Position numbers and translations under genes: made by a program. A DNA stretch of 64,000 bases from an uncultured Chitinophagaceae bacterium (lineage in GTDB: Bacteria > Bacteroidota > Bacteroidia > Chitinophagales > Chitinophagaceae). The stretch covers positions 3,879,868-3,943,867 of the forward strand of contig OY970398.1 in NCBI GenBank assembly GCA_963720535.1, given 5' to 3'. Below the pieces are notes generated by a model. That model was not told where the DNA came from. It made no database searches and saw nothing but the letters and a program-made list of their open reading frames with translations. Shown piece after piece: positions 18,381 to 27,403 of this stretch. The stretch's first letter is position 1, and every line of letters starts with the position of its first letter.

Positions 18381-21300
18381 TTGACTACAAAAATTATCCG
18401 AAACTGTATTATTGCTTCCCTCACATTAGTGATAAGTGCCTGCCATAATAGTGAAACTAAAACTGAAAATTCAGCTACAGATTCTGCACATCTTTTTACG
18501 TTGTTGCCAACAGACAGTACACATATTGATTTCAACAACTCACTCGCAGAGGGGCTAAATACCAACGTATTACTATATGAATATTTTTACAATGGCGGTG
18601 GTGTAGCTGTGGGAGATCTTAACAATGATGGGTTGCAGGATATTTATTTTTCAAGCAATCTGGGTGATAATAAATTATATCTTAACAAGGGTAAAATGCA
18701 GTTTCAGGATATAACGGTTGCAGCCAACGTGCAGTCAAGACCTGGATCTTGGAAGACAGGCGTAACAATTGCAGATGTGAATGGAGATGGTAAAGAAGAT
18801 ATCTATGTTTGTTATTCAGGCAAAATGCCTTCTTTTAAGCGAGCCAATCAACTTTTTATTAATCAGGGGAATGACCAGAGTGGTGTACCAACTTTTTTGG
18901 AGCAGGCTAGTCAATATGGTCTTGCCGATACCAGTTATTCCACACAGGCTTTCTTTTTTGATTTTGATAGAGATGGCGATTTGGACATGTTTTTACTCAA
19001 TCATAATCCTAACAATCTGCCTTTATTAGACGAATCCAGCACATTGGCAATTCTTGCAAAAAGAGATGTTAATACCGGGGTGAAATTATTTAGGAATGAC
19101 AATAATCATTTTGTAGATATAACTTCAACATCTGGGTTAAGTAGTTCTGCATTAACCTATGGCTTGGGTGCTGGGATTGCAGATATTAATTTGGATGGAT
19201 GGCCCGATATTTATATTTCTAACGATTATGGCGTACCCGATTATTTGTACATAAATAATAAAAAAGGCGGTTTTACAGATCAGCTTGCATCTAGTATGGG
19301 GCATATCAGTCTATCTTCAATGGGTAACAGCGTAGCAGATATTAACAATGATTGTCTTCCTGATATTTTCACCTTAGATATGTTGCCCGAAGATAACAAT
19401 CGACAAAAATTATTGTTTGCTCCAGATAATTATGAAAAATTTGATCTGGGTTTGCGTAGGGGTTTTCATCATCAATACATGCGCAATATGCTTCAGCTCA
19501 ATAATGGTGATGGCACTTTTAGTGAAATTGGTCAGTTATCCGGCATATCCAACACCGATTGGAGTTGGTCGCCGTTATTTGCCGACTTAGACAATGATGG
19601 CTGGAAGGATTTGTATATTAGTAATGGCTATCTACGAGATTTTACTAACATGGATTTTTTGAAATATAAATACGATTTTATTCAAAAAAAGGGACGCTTA
19701 CAAAGAGAGGAAGTACTAGATATCATAAAACAGATGCCATCTTCAAATGTGGTAAATTATACTTACCAAAACAACCACGATTTAACTTTTAAAGATGTTG
19801 GCAAACAGTGGGGGCTAACCGTGGCTTCTAACAGCAATGGGGCAGCTTATGCAGATTTAGATAATGATGGCGATCTCGATTTGGTAGTAAATAATATCAA
19901 TCAACCTGCTTTCATTTATCGTAATAACGGAGAAAACCTAACTAAAAATCATTTCTTACAAATTAAGTTAGCGGGAGCAAATAAAAATACAGATGGCTAT
20001 GGAGCTATCATCACTATTTATCAGAAAAATAATAAGCAATGTCTGGAACAAATGCCAGCCAGAGGATTTCAATCTACTGTATCGGCAGTATTACATTTTG
20101 GATTAGGTAAAGAATCATTAATCGACTCGCTTCGAATTGTATGGCTTGGAGGTAAAGAGCAAGTAATTACCCAGATCAAATCAGACCAGCTAATTACTTT
20201 GAAAGAAACTGAGGCTACCCTGCATTATAAAAAACCCAATCCTGAGAAATCTATTTTTAAGGAAATAAGTAGTCCTTTAAAATTTGCAAGTGCAGAAAAT
20301 CATATCAATGATTTTAAGCGCCAACCATTGTTGATTAATCCACTTTCATTTAACGGTCCGTGTTTGGTAAAAGGGGATGTAAATGGAGATGGCTTGGAAG
20401 ATGTATTTGCCGGTGGAGGTAGCGGAAAGCCCGGTGCACTTTACATTCAACAAAAAAATGGGCAGTTCATTAAAAAATCACCCTCCGTATTTGAAGCAGA
20501 CTCTTTGGGCGAAGATGCGGATGCATTGTTTGTTGATGTTAACAATGATGGTTTTATTGATTTATATGTTGTAGGTGGCGGGTATCATAATTATTTAGTG
20601 GGAGACGCTTTATTTCAAGATAGGCTCTATCTAAATGATGGGAAGGGAAACTTCTCCAAAGCGAATCATTCATTGCCCGAAATGAAGGGAAGTAAAAGTT
20701 GTGTACGGGCTGGAGATGTAAATGGAGATGGATTTCTTGATCTGTTTGTGGGGGGTAGAAATATTCCTGGTCAATATCCTGAAACCCCTCAAAGTTATTT
20801 ATTGATTAATGATGGGAAAGGAAATTTTACAGATAAAATTGAATTGCTGGCACCACAGTTAAAAAATGTTGGCATGGTAACTGATGCAGCGTGGATTGAT
20901 ATCAATCATGATAAAAAATTGGACCTTATTGTAGTAGGTGAATGGATGCCGATAATGGCATTTGTGAATATTAATGGAAAGCTGGAAAATAAAACTAGCA
21001 ATTATTTTGATAAGGAATATAGCGGTTGGTGGAATAAATTGTTGATTGCAGATCTAAACGGAGATGGTATTCAGGATTTGGTGATAGGCAATATGGGCTT
21101 GAACAGCCAGTGCAAAGCCAGCGATACTGAGCCTGCAGAAATGTATTATAAAGATTTTGACAATAATGGATCGGTTGATCCGATTCTTTGTTTTTATATT
21201 CAGCACAAAAGTTATCCCTATGTAACCCGCGATGAACTTTTGGAACAAATAAGTACCATGCGCACAAAGTTTACCGATTACAAATCTTATGCAAACGCAA

Positions 21301-21716
21301 CGTTGAAGGACATTTTTTCGGCCGACGAAATGAAAGATGTAAAACATCTTCAGGTCAATGAACTCAGCACTGCTTATTTTGAAGGTGGTGCGGATGGAAA
21401 ATTTCATAAAAAAAGCCTTCCTATTCAGGCACAATTTTCGCCGGTATTTACGATCAATACAATTGACTATGATAAAGATGGAAAATTGGATCTGATTTTA
21501 TGCGGAAATATTAACCAAGCTCGTATACGCTTTGGAAATTATGATGCTAATTATGGTATTCTTCTGAAGGGTGATGGCAAAGGCCATTTCAGTTATATTA
21601 GCCAACAACAGTCAGGCTTTCAGATTTGGGGAGATGTTCGCAGTGTACTCAGTATAAAGAACAACTTGTTGTTTGGAATCAACCAACAGCCAATCAAAGC
21701 ATATCAAATTAGGTAA
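18381..21716 (+). CDS. FG-GAP/VCBS-repeat lipoprotein with a central UnbV/ASPIC domain (CRTAC1-like, two predicted seven-bladed propellers)
   Basis: 1111 aa with a TTG start and lipobox LVISAC. There are 14 D-x-N/D-x-D-G-x-x-D calcium-loop motifs, 7 before and 7 after an UnbV/ASPIC-like segment (GYGAIITIYQKNN...VLHFGLGKESLIDSLRIVWLGGKEQV). Confidence 0.8.
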   Translation: MTTKIIRNCIIASLTLVISACHNSETKTENSATDSAHLFTLLPTDSTHIDFNNSLAEGLNTNVLLYEYFYNGGGVAVGDLNNDGLQDIYFSSNLGDNKLYLNKGKMQFQDITVAANVQSRPGSWKTGVTIADVNGDGKEDIYVCYSGKMPSFKRANQLFINQGNDQSGVPTFLEQASQYGLADTSYSTQAFFFDFDRDGDLDMFLLNHNPNNLPLLDESSTLAILAKRDVNTGVKLFRNDNNHFVDITSTSGLSSSALTYGLGAGIADINLDGWPDIYISNDYGVPDYLYINNKKGGFTDQLASSMGHISLSSMGNSVADINNDCLPDIFTLDMLPEDNNRQKLLFAPDNYEKFDLGLRRGFHHQYMRNMLQLNNGDGTFSEIGQLSGISNTDWSWSPLFADLDNDGWKDLYISNGYLRDFTNMDFLKYKYDFIQKKGRLQREEVLDIIKQMPSSNVVNYTYQNNHDLTFKDVGKQWGLTVASNSNGAAYADLDNDGDLDLVVNNINQPAFIYRNNGENLTKNHFLQIKLAGANKNTDGYGAIITIYQKNNKQCLEQMPARGFQSTVSAVLHFGLGKESLIDSLRIVWLGGKEQVITQIKSDQLITLKETEATLHYKKPNPEKSIFKEISSPLKFASAENHINDFKRQPLLINPLSFNGPCLVKGDVNGDGLEDVFAGGGSGKPGALYIQQKNGQFIKKSPSVFEADSLGEDADALFVDVNNDGFIDLYVVGGGYHNYLVGDALFQDRLYLNDGKGNFSKANHSLPEMKGSKSCVRAGDVNGDGFLDLFVGGRNIPGQYPETPQSYLLINDGKGNFTDKIELLAPQLKNVGMVTDAAWIDINHDKKLDLIVVGEWMPIMAFVNINGKLENKTSNYFDKEYSGWWNKLLIADLNGDGIQDLVIGNMGLNSQCKASDTEPAEMYYKDFDNNGSVDPILCFYIQHKSYPYVTRDELLEQISTMRTKFTDYKSYANATLKDIFSADEMKDVKHLQVNELSTAYFEGGADGKFHKKSLPIQAQFSPVFTINTIDYDKDGKLDLILCGNINQARIRFGNYDANYGILLKGDGKGHFSYISQQQSGFQIWGDVRSVLSIKNNLLFGINQQPIKAYQIR

Positions 21717-21787
21717 GTTGATGAATTGAATTATAACGGCTATCATTTATTATACTTTATTAAAATAATTAAACACGAAAAAAAATT

Positions 21788-23122
21788 GTGAATTTGAAAA
21801 ATAAAAAAAACGGGGGATTTCCCAGTTTACAGGTTGTATCAATTTTATTGATTCTTTTGTTCTCCTGTACCCCAAAAAAACAACCCACTGTATTCAGTAA
21901 TAAAGAGCTGGAAAAGGTCATTTTTACCATGACTGATATTATGCTACAGGACATTACGAATCCTCCCTTGGCAGCTAGATTTTTTTCTTATGCCTGTTTA
22001 GCGGGTTACGAAGTGGTAACGCAGTATGATACTACATTTAAAACGATGTACGGTAAATTAAATGGCTATCCTACAATGAAAATGCAACCGGTAGGTCATC
22101 CTTATTCCAATCAATTAAGTGCATTGCTTGCAATGATGGAAACCGCAAAAAAATTACAGCCTTCTGGGGCTTTAATGGGGTTGTATGAACAAAAATTTAT
22201 TGACTCATGTAGTAAATTGGGATACAATGAAGACGTTATTAAAAATTCGCTGAATTATGCACAGGATGTGAGTAAGCAAATACTGGCTTATGCTAAGGCG
22301 GATGGATATAATAAAATCAGCAATTACCCAAGATACACAGCACATACGGAAGAAGGATATTGGTATCCAACACCTCCGGCTTTTATGGCTGCGGTAGAAC
22401 CCTACTTTAAAACAGTACGTCCATTTACGTTAGATTCTTCAGCTCAATTTAAGCCTTTGCCACCTATAGCATTTAGTGTTGTAAAAGGTTCTCCTTTCTA
22501 TAATTTAACGAAAGCTGTATATGAAGAGGGCACTAAATTAACAGAAAATCATCGATTGATTGCGTCTTTTTGGGACTGTAATCCGTTTGCTGTTCAGAAT
22601 GGCGGTCATCTTCAATATGGGTTAAAGAAAATTTCACCGGGGGCTCATTGGCTGGGTATTGCAGGCATTGCGTGTGCCAAGGCGAATAAGAGTTTTGAAG
22701 AAACTTTGCAAATTTACACTTCCGTTTCTATTGGTTTAATGGATGCTTTTATATGTTGCTGGGATGAAAAATACAGGAGCAATCGTGTTCGACCTGAAAC
22801 GGCTATTCGAAGATATATAGATCCCCAATGGGAGCCTCTATTACAAACGCCGCCCTTTCCGGAATATCTTAGCGGGCACTCTGTTGTTTCATCCGCATCC
22901 GCAGTAATTCTTACCCATTATTTTGGCGATAATTTTTCTTACACCGATAATGTTGAAGTTGTTTACGGATTACCTTCGAGAGACTTTCAGTCTTTTACTA
23001 AGGCAGCAGAAGAGGCGGGAGTTTCCAGATTTTATGGTGGAATACATTTTATGGATGCTATTACTAATGGGCAACTGCAGGGTGCAAAAGTAGGTAACTG
23101 GTTGCTCCAGAAAATTAAATAA
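21788..23122 (+). CDS. PAP2-superfamily / vanadium-dependent haloperoxidase-like lipoprotein
   Basis: 444 aa with a GTG start and lipobox LLFSC. All three PAP2/vanadate-site motifs are present: KYRSNRVRPE (K-x6-RP), LSGHS, and SRFYGGIHFMDA (SR-x5-H-x3-D). Confidence 0.75.
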   Translation: MNLKNKKNGGFPSLQVVSILLILLFSCTPKKQPTVFSNKELEKVIFTMTDIMLQDITNPPLAARFFSYACLAGYEVVTQYDTTFKTMYGKLNGYPTMKMQPVGHPYSNQLSALLAMMETAKKLQPSGALMGLYEQKFIDSCSKLGYNEDVIKNSLNYAQDVSKQILAYAKADGYNKISNYPRYTAHTEEGYWYPTPPAFMAAVEPYFKTVRPFTLDSSAQFKPLPPIAFSVVKGSPFYNLTKAVYEEGTKLTENHRLIASFWDCNPFAVQNGGHLQYGLKKISPGAHWLGIAGIACAKANKSFEETLQIYTSVSIGLMDAFICCWDEKYRSNRVRPETAIRRYIDPQWEPLLQTPPFPEYLSGHSVVSSASAVILTHYFGDNFSYTDNVEVVYGLPSRDFQSFTKAAEEAGVSRFYGGIHFMDAITNGQLQGAKVGNWLLQKIK

Positions 23123-23196
23123 AACTTTGCAAATCTCGGTAGTAAAGACGCAGGCTAATTACAGTACTATCAATGATGAAAACTCGTTTAAGTAGT

Positions 23197-24240
23197 TTAT
23201 TTTTTTTCTTTGTAATGAATTTCAGATAAGCCCTTTAAAGTAGTAGCGGCCATTTCGGGAGTAATATCCCTTTGCGGGTTACCCAGCATTTCATACCCTA
23301 CCATAAATTTTTTAACGGTTGCACTTCTTAATAAAGGGGGATAAAAATGCATATGCCAATGCCATTCAGAATGTTCACCATCGTTAACAGGCATTTGGTG
23401 CATACCAGCAGAATATGGGAAGGATATATTAAAAAGATTATCGTATTTGCTGGTCAACTTTTTTAAAATAGTAGCAAGTGATTTTTTTTCTGCTTCTGTA
23501 AACTGGATTATACTTTGGATATGTCGTTTGCTTACAATCATAGTTTCGTATGGCCACACAGCCCAGAATGGAACAAGTGCTGCAAAATGTTCGTTTTCAA
23601 TTACTACCCTTTCATTTTTTTCCAATTCCATTTTTAAATAATCACCTAACAAACTGGTATGATGCCTATCAAAATAGTCTTTCTGTTTTGCCGATTCTTT
23701 TGAAAGTTCCAAAGGAACAGAAGACGATGCCCATATTTGTCCGTGAGGATGCGGATTACTGCACCCCATCATTTCTCCTTTATTTTCAAAAATTTGAATA
23801 TATTTTATGGAAGAATTTTCGGATAATGCTGCAAATTCATTTTGCCAGAGTTCAATTACTTTTTCAATGGCAGCTTCACACATTAATGGCAAAGTAAGAC
23901 TATGGTCGGGAGAAAAACAGAGCACTTTACAAATCCCGCTTTCTGCTTTAGCTACCAATAAATCACCCTGATTTAGAATAGATTTTGGTGTGTCGGCTAA
24001 AAGCGAAGAAAAATCATTTGTGAAAGAATAGACATCCGTGTATTCTAGATTTTCAGTTCCATCTGAGCGTTTATTACCGGGACACAAATAACATGCTGGA
24101 TCGTAAGATGGCCGGTTATCTACGGGTAAGTCTTCTACTTTCCCCTGCCAAGGGCGTTTCATTCGATGTGGTGATACCAAAATCCAATCGCCAGTTAAAA
24201 TATTCAGCCTTGTGTGCGAATGTTCTTTTAAATCAAACAT
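23197..24240 (-). CDS. galT: Galactose-1-phosphate uridylyltransferase
   Basis: 347 aa. Zinc-site CYLCPGN and the active-site HPHGQ motif (NPHPHGQIWA). Confidence 0.9.
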   Translation of the reverse strand: MFDLKEHSHTRLNILTGDWILVSPHRMKRPWQGKVEDLPVDNRPSYDPACYLCPGNKRSDGTENLEYTDVYSFTNDFSSLLADTPKSILNQGDLLVAKAESGICKVLCFSPDHSLTLPLMCEAAIEKVIELWQNEFAALSENSSIKYIQIFENKGEMMGCSNPHPHGQIWASSSVPLELSKESAKQKDYFDRHHTSLLGDYLKMELEKNERVVIENEHFAALVPFWAVWPYETMIVSKRHIQSIIQFTEAEKKSLATILKKLTSKYDNLFNISFPYSAGMHQMPVNDGEHSEWHWHMHFYPPLLRSATVKKFMVGYEMLGNPQRDITPEMAATTLKGLSEIHYKEKK

Positions 24241-24362
24241 AATTTATCTAATAATTTCAGCTCCCTTCCCTTCGCAATTGAAGTCAAATAATGTTGTTAA
24301 ATGATCTGAATATGGCTTTTGAGGCCTATTATAGTGGATTGTTGAAACCTTAAGGATACCTA

Positions 24363-24619
24363 TTATTTAATTTTTAAGTACTTTTCGATATTCAATCTGT
24401 TAATACCCGATTTTTCAATTTTTTCAACACCTGTTTGTATGAGCGTATCATTACGAATAGTTACATTGAACTTAAATGTATTTCCTTCCCATTCTCGAGC
24501 AGTACAATAATCTAAGTTTTCGGTATAAGTGCTATCCACTAATGTATATGTTCCACCACTTAATTGGAATTACAAGAAAGCATAAAAATCAATACGCCAA
24601 ATAAGTAAGTAATTTTCAT
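24363..24619 (-). pseudogene. Frameshifted small lipoprotein gene (or an indel sequencing error)
   Basis: The minus strand reads MKITYLFGVLIFMLSCNSN* (signal peptide plus lipobox). It continues in another frame as FQLSGGTYTLVDSTYTENLDYCTAREWEGNTFKFNVTIRNDTLIQTGVEKIEKSGINRLNIEKYLKIK*. A single-nucleotide indel near 24560-24565 would fuse the two frames into an ~85-aa protein. Confidence 0.35.
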
Positions 24620-24638
24620 CCTGATTTATGGTATTGAA

Positions 24639-26198
24639 TTATTTAATAGTTAGCATCACAATAGATTTAGCAGGCATGCTTAATACTAAATCACCAGCCT
24701 CTTTTTTAGCACCATTAAAAATAACCGGTTTAACAAAATCAGACTTATCAAATGAATTCACATCCGTGATCTTTGCAGATGACAAAATCAAACCATCCAC
24801 TTTTGTCCAACTGATAGATTGTAAAGTTGTTCTCAGGTTAATAGATTTATTAGGATCTAAATTAACCACTGTAATATGTACTAGACCAGTGTTATCTTTT
24901 GATGCAGAAATATTCAATGCCGGTATTTTTTCTTTTCCATTTACATAATCAGGGCTGATAAACTGAACAGGCAATAGTTTAGCATCCTGATGTACTTTGA
25001 ATAAATCAAACACATGATAAGTTGGTGTGAGGATCATTTTATTGCCCTCCGTTAAAATCAACGACTGCAATACATTTACAGTTTGTGCGAGGTTTGCCAT
25101 TCTTACACGGTCGGCATGATTATTAAATATGTTCAAATTGGTTCCGGCTATTAGTGCATCTCTCAAACTGTTTTGTTGAAATAAAAAGCCTGGATTAGTA
25201 CCCGGTTCCACATTCGTCCAGATACCCCATTCATCCACAACAAGTGCCACTTTTTTTTCAGGGTCGTACTGATCCATAATAGTTGAATGCTTTTTTACCA
25301 ACTCTTCCATAACCAATGTTTTCTGCATGGTTGCGAAATACTCCGACTCATCAAATGAAGTGGCAGAGCCCTTATCACCCCAGTTTTTGGGTACTGTATA
25401 ATAATGAAGCGTCAACCCCCACATCATCCCCGGGCCAACTTTTTTCATCATAGTTTCTGTCCAATTATAATCGTCAGAATTAGCACCCGATGCAATTCGC
25501 ATTAAATTAGATCCTGGGTAATTTTTTGTAAAGCCTGCATATCTTTTATACTGATTTGCATAATAATCTGGAGTCATATTTCCCCCGCATCCCCAGCTTT
25601 CGTTACCAACACCCCAGAAATGTACATTCCAGGGTTTTTCCCTACCATTTTGTTTTCTAATAACAGTCATCGGACTTAATCCATCAAAATTTAAATACTC
25701 TACCCATTTCGACATTTCTTCTATCGTTCCACTACCCACATTCCCAGTGATATAGGGTTCACACTTCAACAATGAGCAAAGCTCTAAGAATTCGTGTGTA
25801 CCGAAACTATTATCCTCAGTTACATTACCCCAATTGGTATTCACCATTTTAGGACGTTGATCCCGCACACCAATACCATCTCTCCAATGGTATTCATCCG
25901 CAAAACATCCACCTGGCCATCTCAGATTAGGGATCTGAATCTTTTTGAGTGCATCAACTATATCTAAACGAATACGATCCTGCTTAGGCAAATTGGCACT
26001 ATCCTTTACCCAAAAACCATCATAAATACATCGGCCTAAATGTTCAGAGAAATGTCCATAAATATGTTTACTAATAGTAGTGTTAGGGTTTGCGCCCTGT
26101 ATCTGTACGTTTACGGTTGACTGAGCAACAACTGCTGAGGAAAGCTGAATTGTTAATACAACTACACAAAGGAACCTGTTAAGCAATAAAGAATTCAT
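24639..26198 (-). CDS. abfA: Alpha-L-arabinofuranosidase, glycoside hydrolase family 51, secreted
   Basis: 519 aa with a signal peptide. Motifs seen: [16 protein letters not shown], acid/base WGVGNESWG, and nucleophile VVDEWG. Confidence 0.85.
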   Translation of the reverse strand: MNSLLLNRFLCVVVLTIQLSSAVVAQSTVNVQIQGANPNTTISKHIYGHFSEHLGRCIYDGFWVKDSANLPKQDRIRLDIVDALKKIQIPNLRWPGGCFADEYHWRDGIGVRDQRPKMVNTNWGNVTEDNSFGTHEFLELCSLLKCEPYITGNVGSGTIEEMSKWVEYLNFDGLSPMTVIRKQNGREKPWNVHFWGVGNESWGCGGNMTPDYYANQYKRYAGFTKNYPGSNLMRIASGANSDDYNWTETMMKKVGPGMMWGLTLHYYTVPKNWGDKGSATSFDESEYFATMQKTLVMEELVKKHSTIMDQYDPEKKVALVVDEWGIWTNVEPGTNPGFLFQQNSLRDALIAGTNLNIFNNHADRVRMANLAQTVNVLQSLILTEGNKMILTPTYHVFDLFKVHQDAKLLPVQFISPDYVNGKEKIPALNISASKDNTGLVHITVVNLDPNKSINLRTTLQSISWTKVDGLILSSAKITDVNSFDKSDFVKPVIFNGAKKEAGDLVLSMPAKSIVMLTIK

Positions 26199-26224
26199 AA
26201 ACTTATATTTTATTTTGATTTGAT

Positions 26225-27388
26225 TTATTGTACGCTAAACTTATAAATTGTTTTAGTGGTGTAAGTTTTTCCGGGCACAAGCTCAGTGCTTGCAAAAGAA
26301 TGGTGATTGGGTGCATCAGGAAAATGTTGCGTTTCTAAACAGAAAGCAGTTCTAAAGTTATAATGCAAATCTTTTTTACCCAATATGGTACTATCTAAAA
26401 AATTACCTCCATAAAACTGAATACCAGGTTCCTGTGTCAATACTTCTAATTTAATTCCCGTAGTATTTGAATAAACAGTTGCTGCTAGCTCCAAATCATT
26501 TGTTGTTTTTCTATTCAACACAAAATTGTGATCATAACCCTTCCCATTTTTAATCTGCTCACTTTTAGAATTCACGCTATCCCCAATAACTTTTGGTTTC
26601 CTAAAATCAAAAGCAGTTCCAGCAACTTCTTCTAAAATGCCAGTTGGAATAAGTGTTGAATCTACTGGTGTAAACTTCTCAGCGTTTATGGTTAATAAGT
26701 GATCGTTAATGCTTCCGCTACCAGCACCACTTAAATTAAAATAGCTATGATTCGTAAGATTTAAAATGGTTTTCTTATCAGTAGTTGCTGTATAACTGAT
26801 TTCAATACTATTCCCATCAGTTAATGTATATACTACTGTAACAGCAAGGTTTCCCGGATAGCCTTCCTCCCCATCTTTTGACAAATAGGTTAATTCCAAA
26901 GTCTGCTTGTTAATCTGCTTTGCATCCCAAACTTGATTGTAAAATCCAGTAGGACCACCGTGAAGCGCATTGGGCGCATTATTAATGCTTAGTTGATAAT
27001 TTTTATCATCGAGTTTGAATTTCCCTTTGGCAATTCTATTGCCATATCTTCCAATGAGTGCCCCAAAAAAGTTTTCTTTTCTATTTAAATAATGATTTAA
27101 ACTATCATATCCCAAAACAACATCTGTAAAAGTTCCTGACTTATTGGGCACATTTACAGAAATAATTCTACCTCCAAAATTGCTTATAAAGACAGTCATT
27201 TTGTTTTTGTTTGCAAGCAAATACAAATCAACATTTTTACCTTTCACAACTTGCTGGTATGCAGCTCTTGAAATCTGAGAAAACTGGCTACTAGAATCAT
27301 TTTTAGTTTCCTTCTGGTTATTAGCAATATTACAGGCTAACCCAAGAAAAAGCGTTAAAACTATTGAGAGTTTTTTAACAGAATACAT
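26225..27388 (-). CDS. galM: Aldose 1-epimerase (galactose mutarotase) with lipoprotein signal peptide
   Basis: 387 aa. N-terminus [19 protein letters not shown] (lipobox), then a mutarotase fold ([43 protein letters not shown]). Confidence 0.88.
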   Translation of the reverse strand: MYSVKKLSIVLTLFLGLACNIANNQKETKNDSSSQFSQISRAAYQQVVKGKNVDLYLLANKNKMTVFISNFGGRIISVNVPNKSGTFTDVVLGYDSLNHYLNRKENFFGALIGRYGNRIAKGKFKLDDKNYQLSINNAPNALHGGPTGFYNQVWDAKQINKQTLELTYLSKDGEEGYPGNLAVTVVYTLTDGNSIEISYTATTDKKTILNLTNHSYFNLSGAGSGSINDHLLTINAEKFTPVDSTLIPTGILEEVAGTAFDFRKPKVIGDSVNSKSEQIKNGKGYDHNFVLNRKTTNDLELAATVYSNTTGIKLEVLTQEPGIQFYGGNFLDSTILGKKDLHYNFRTAFCLETQHFPDAPNHHSFASTELVPGKTYTTKTIYKFSVQ

Positions 27389-27403
27389 ATGGCTTATTTA
27401 TTT

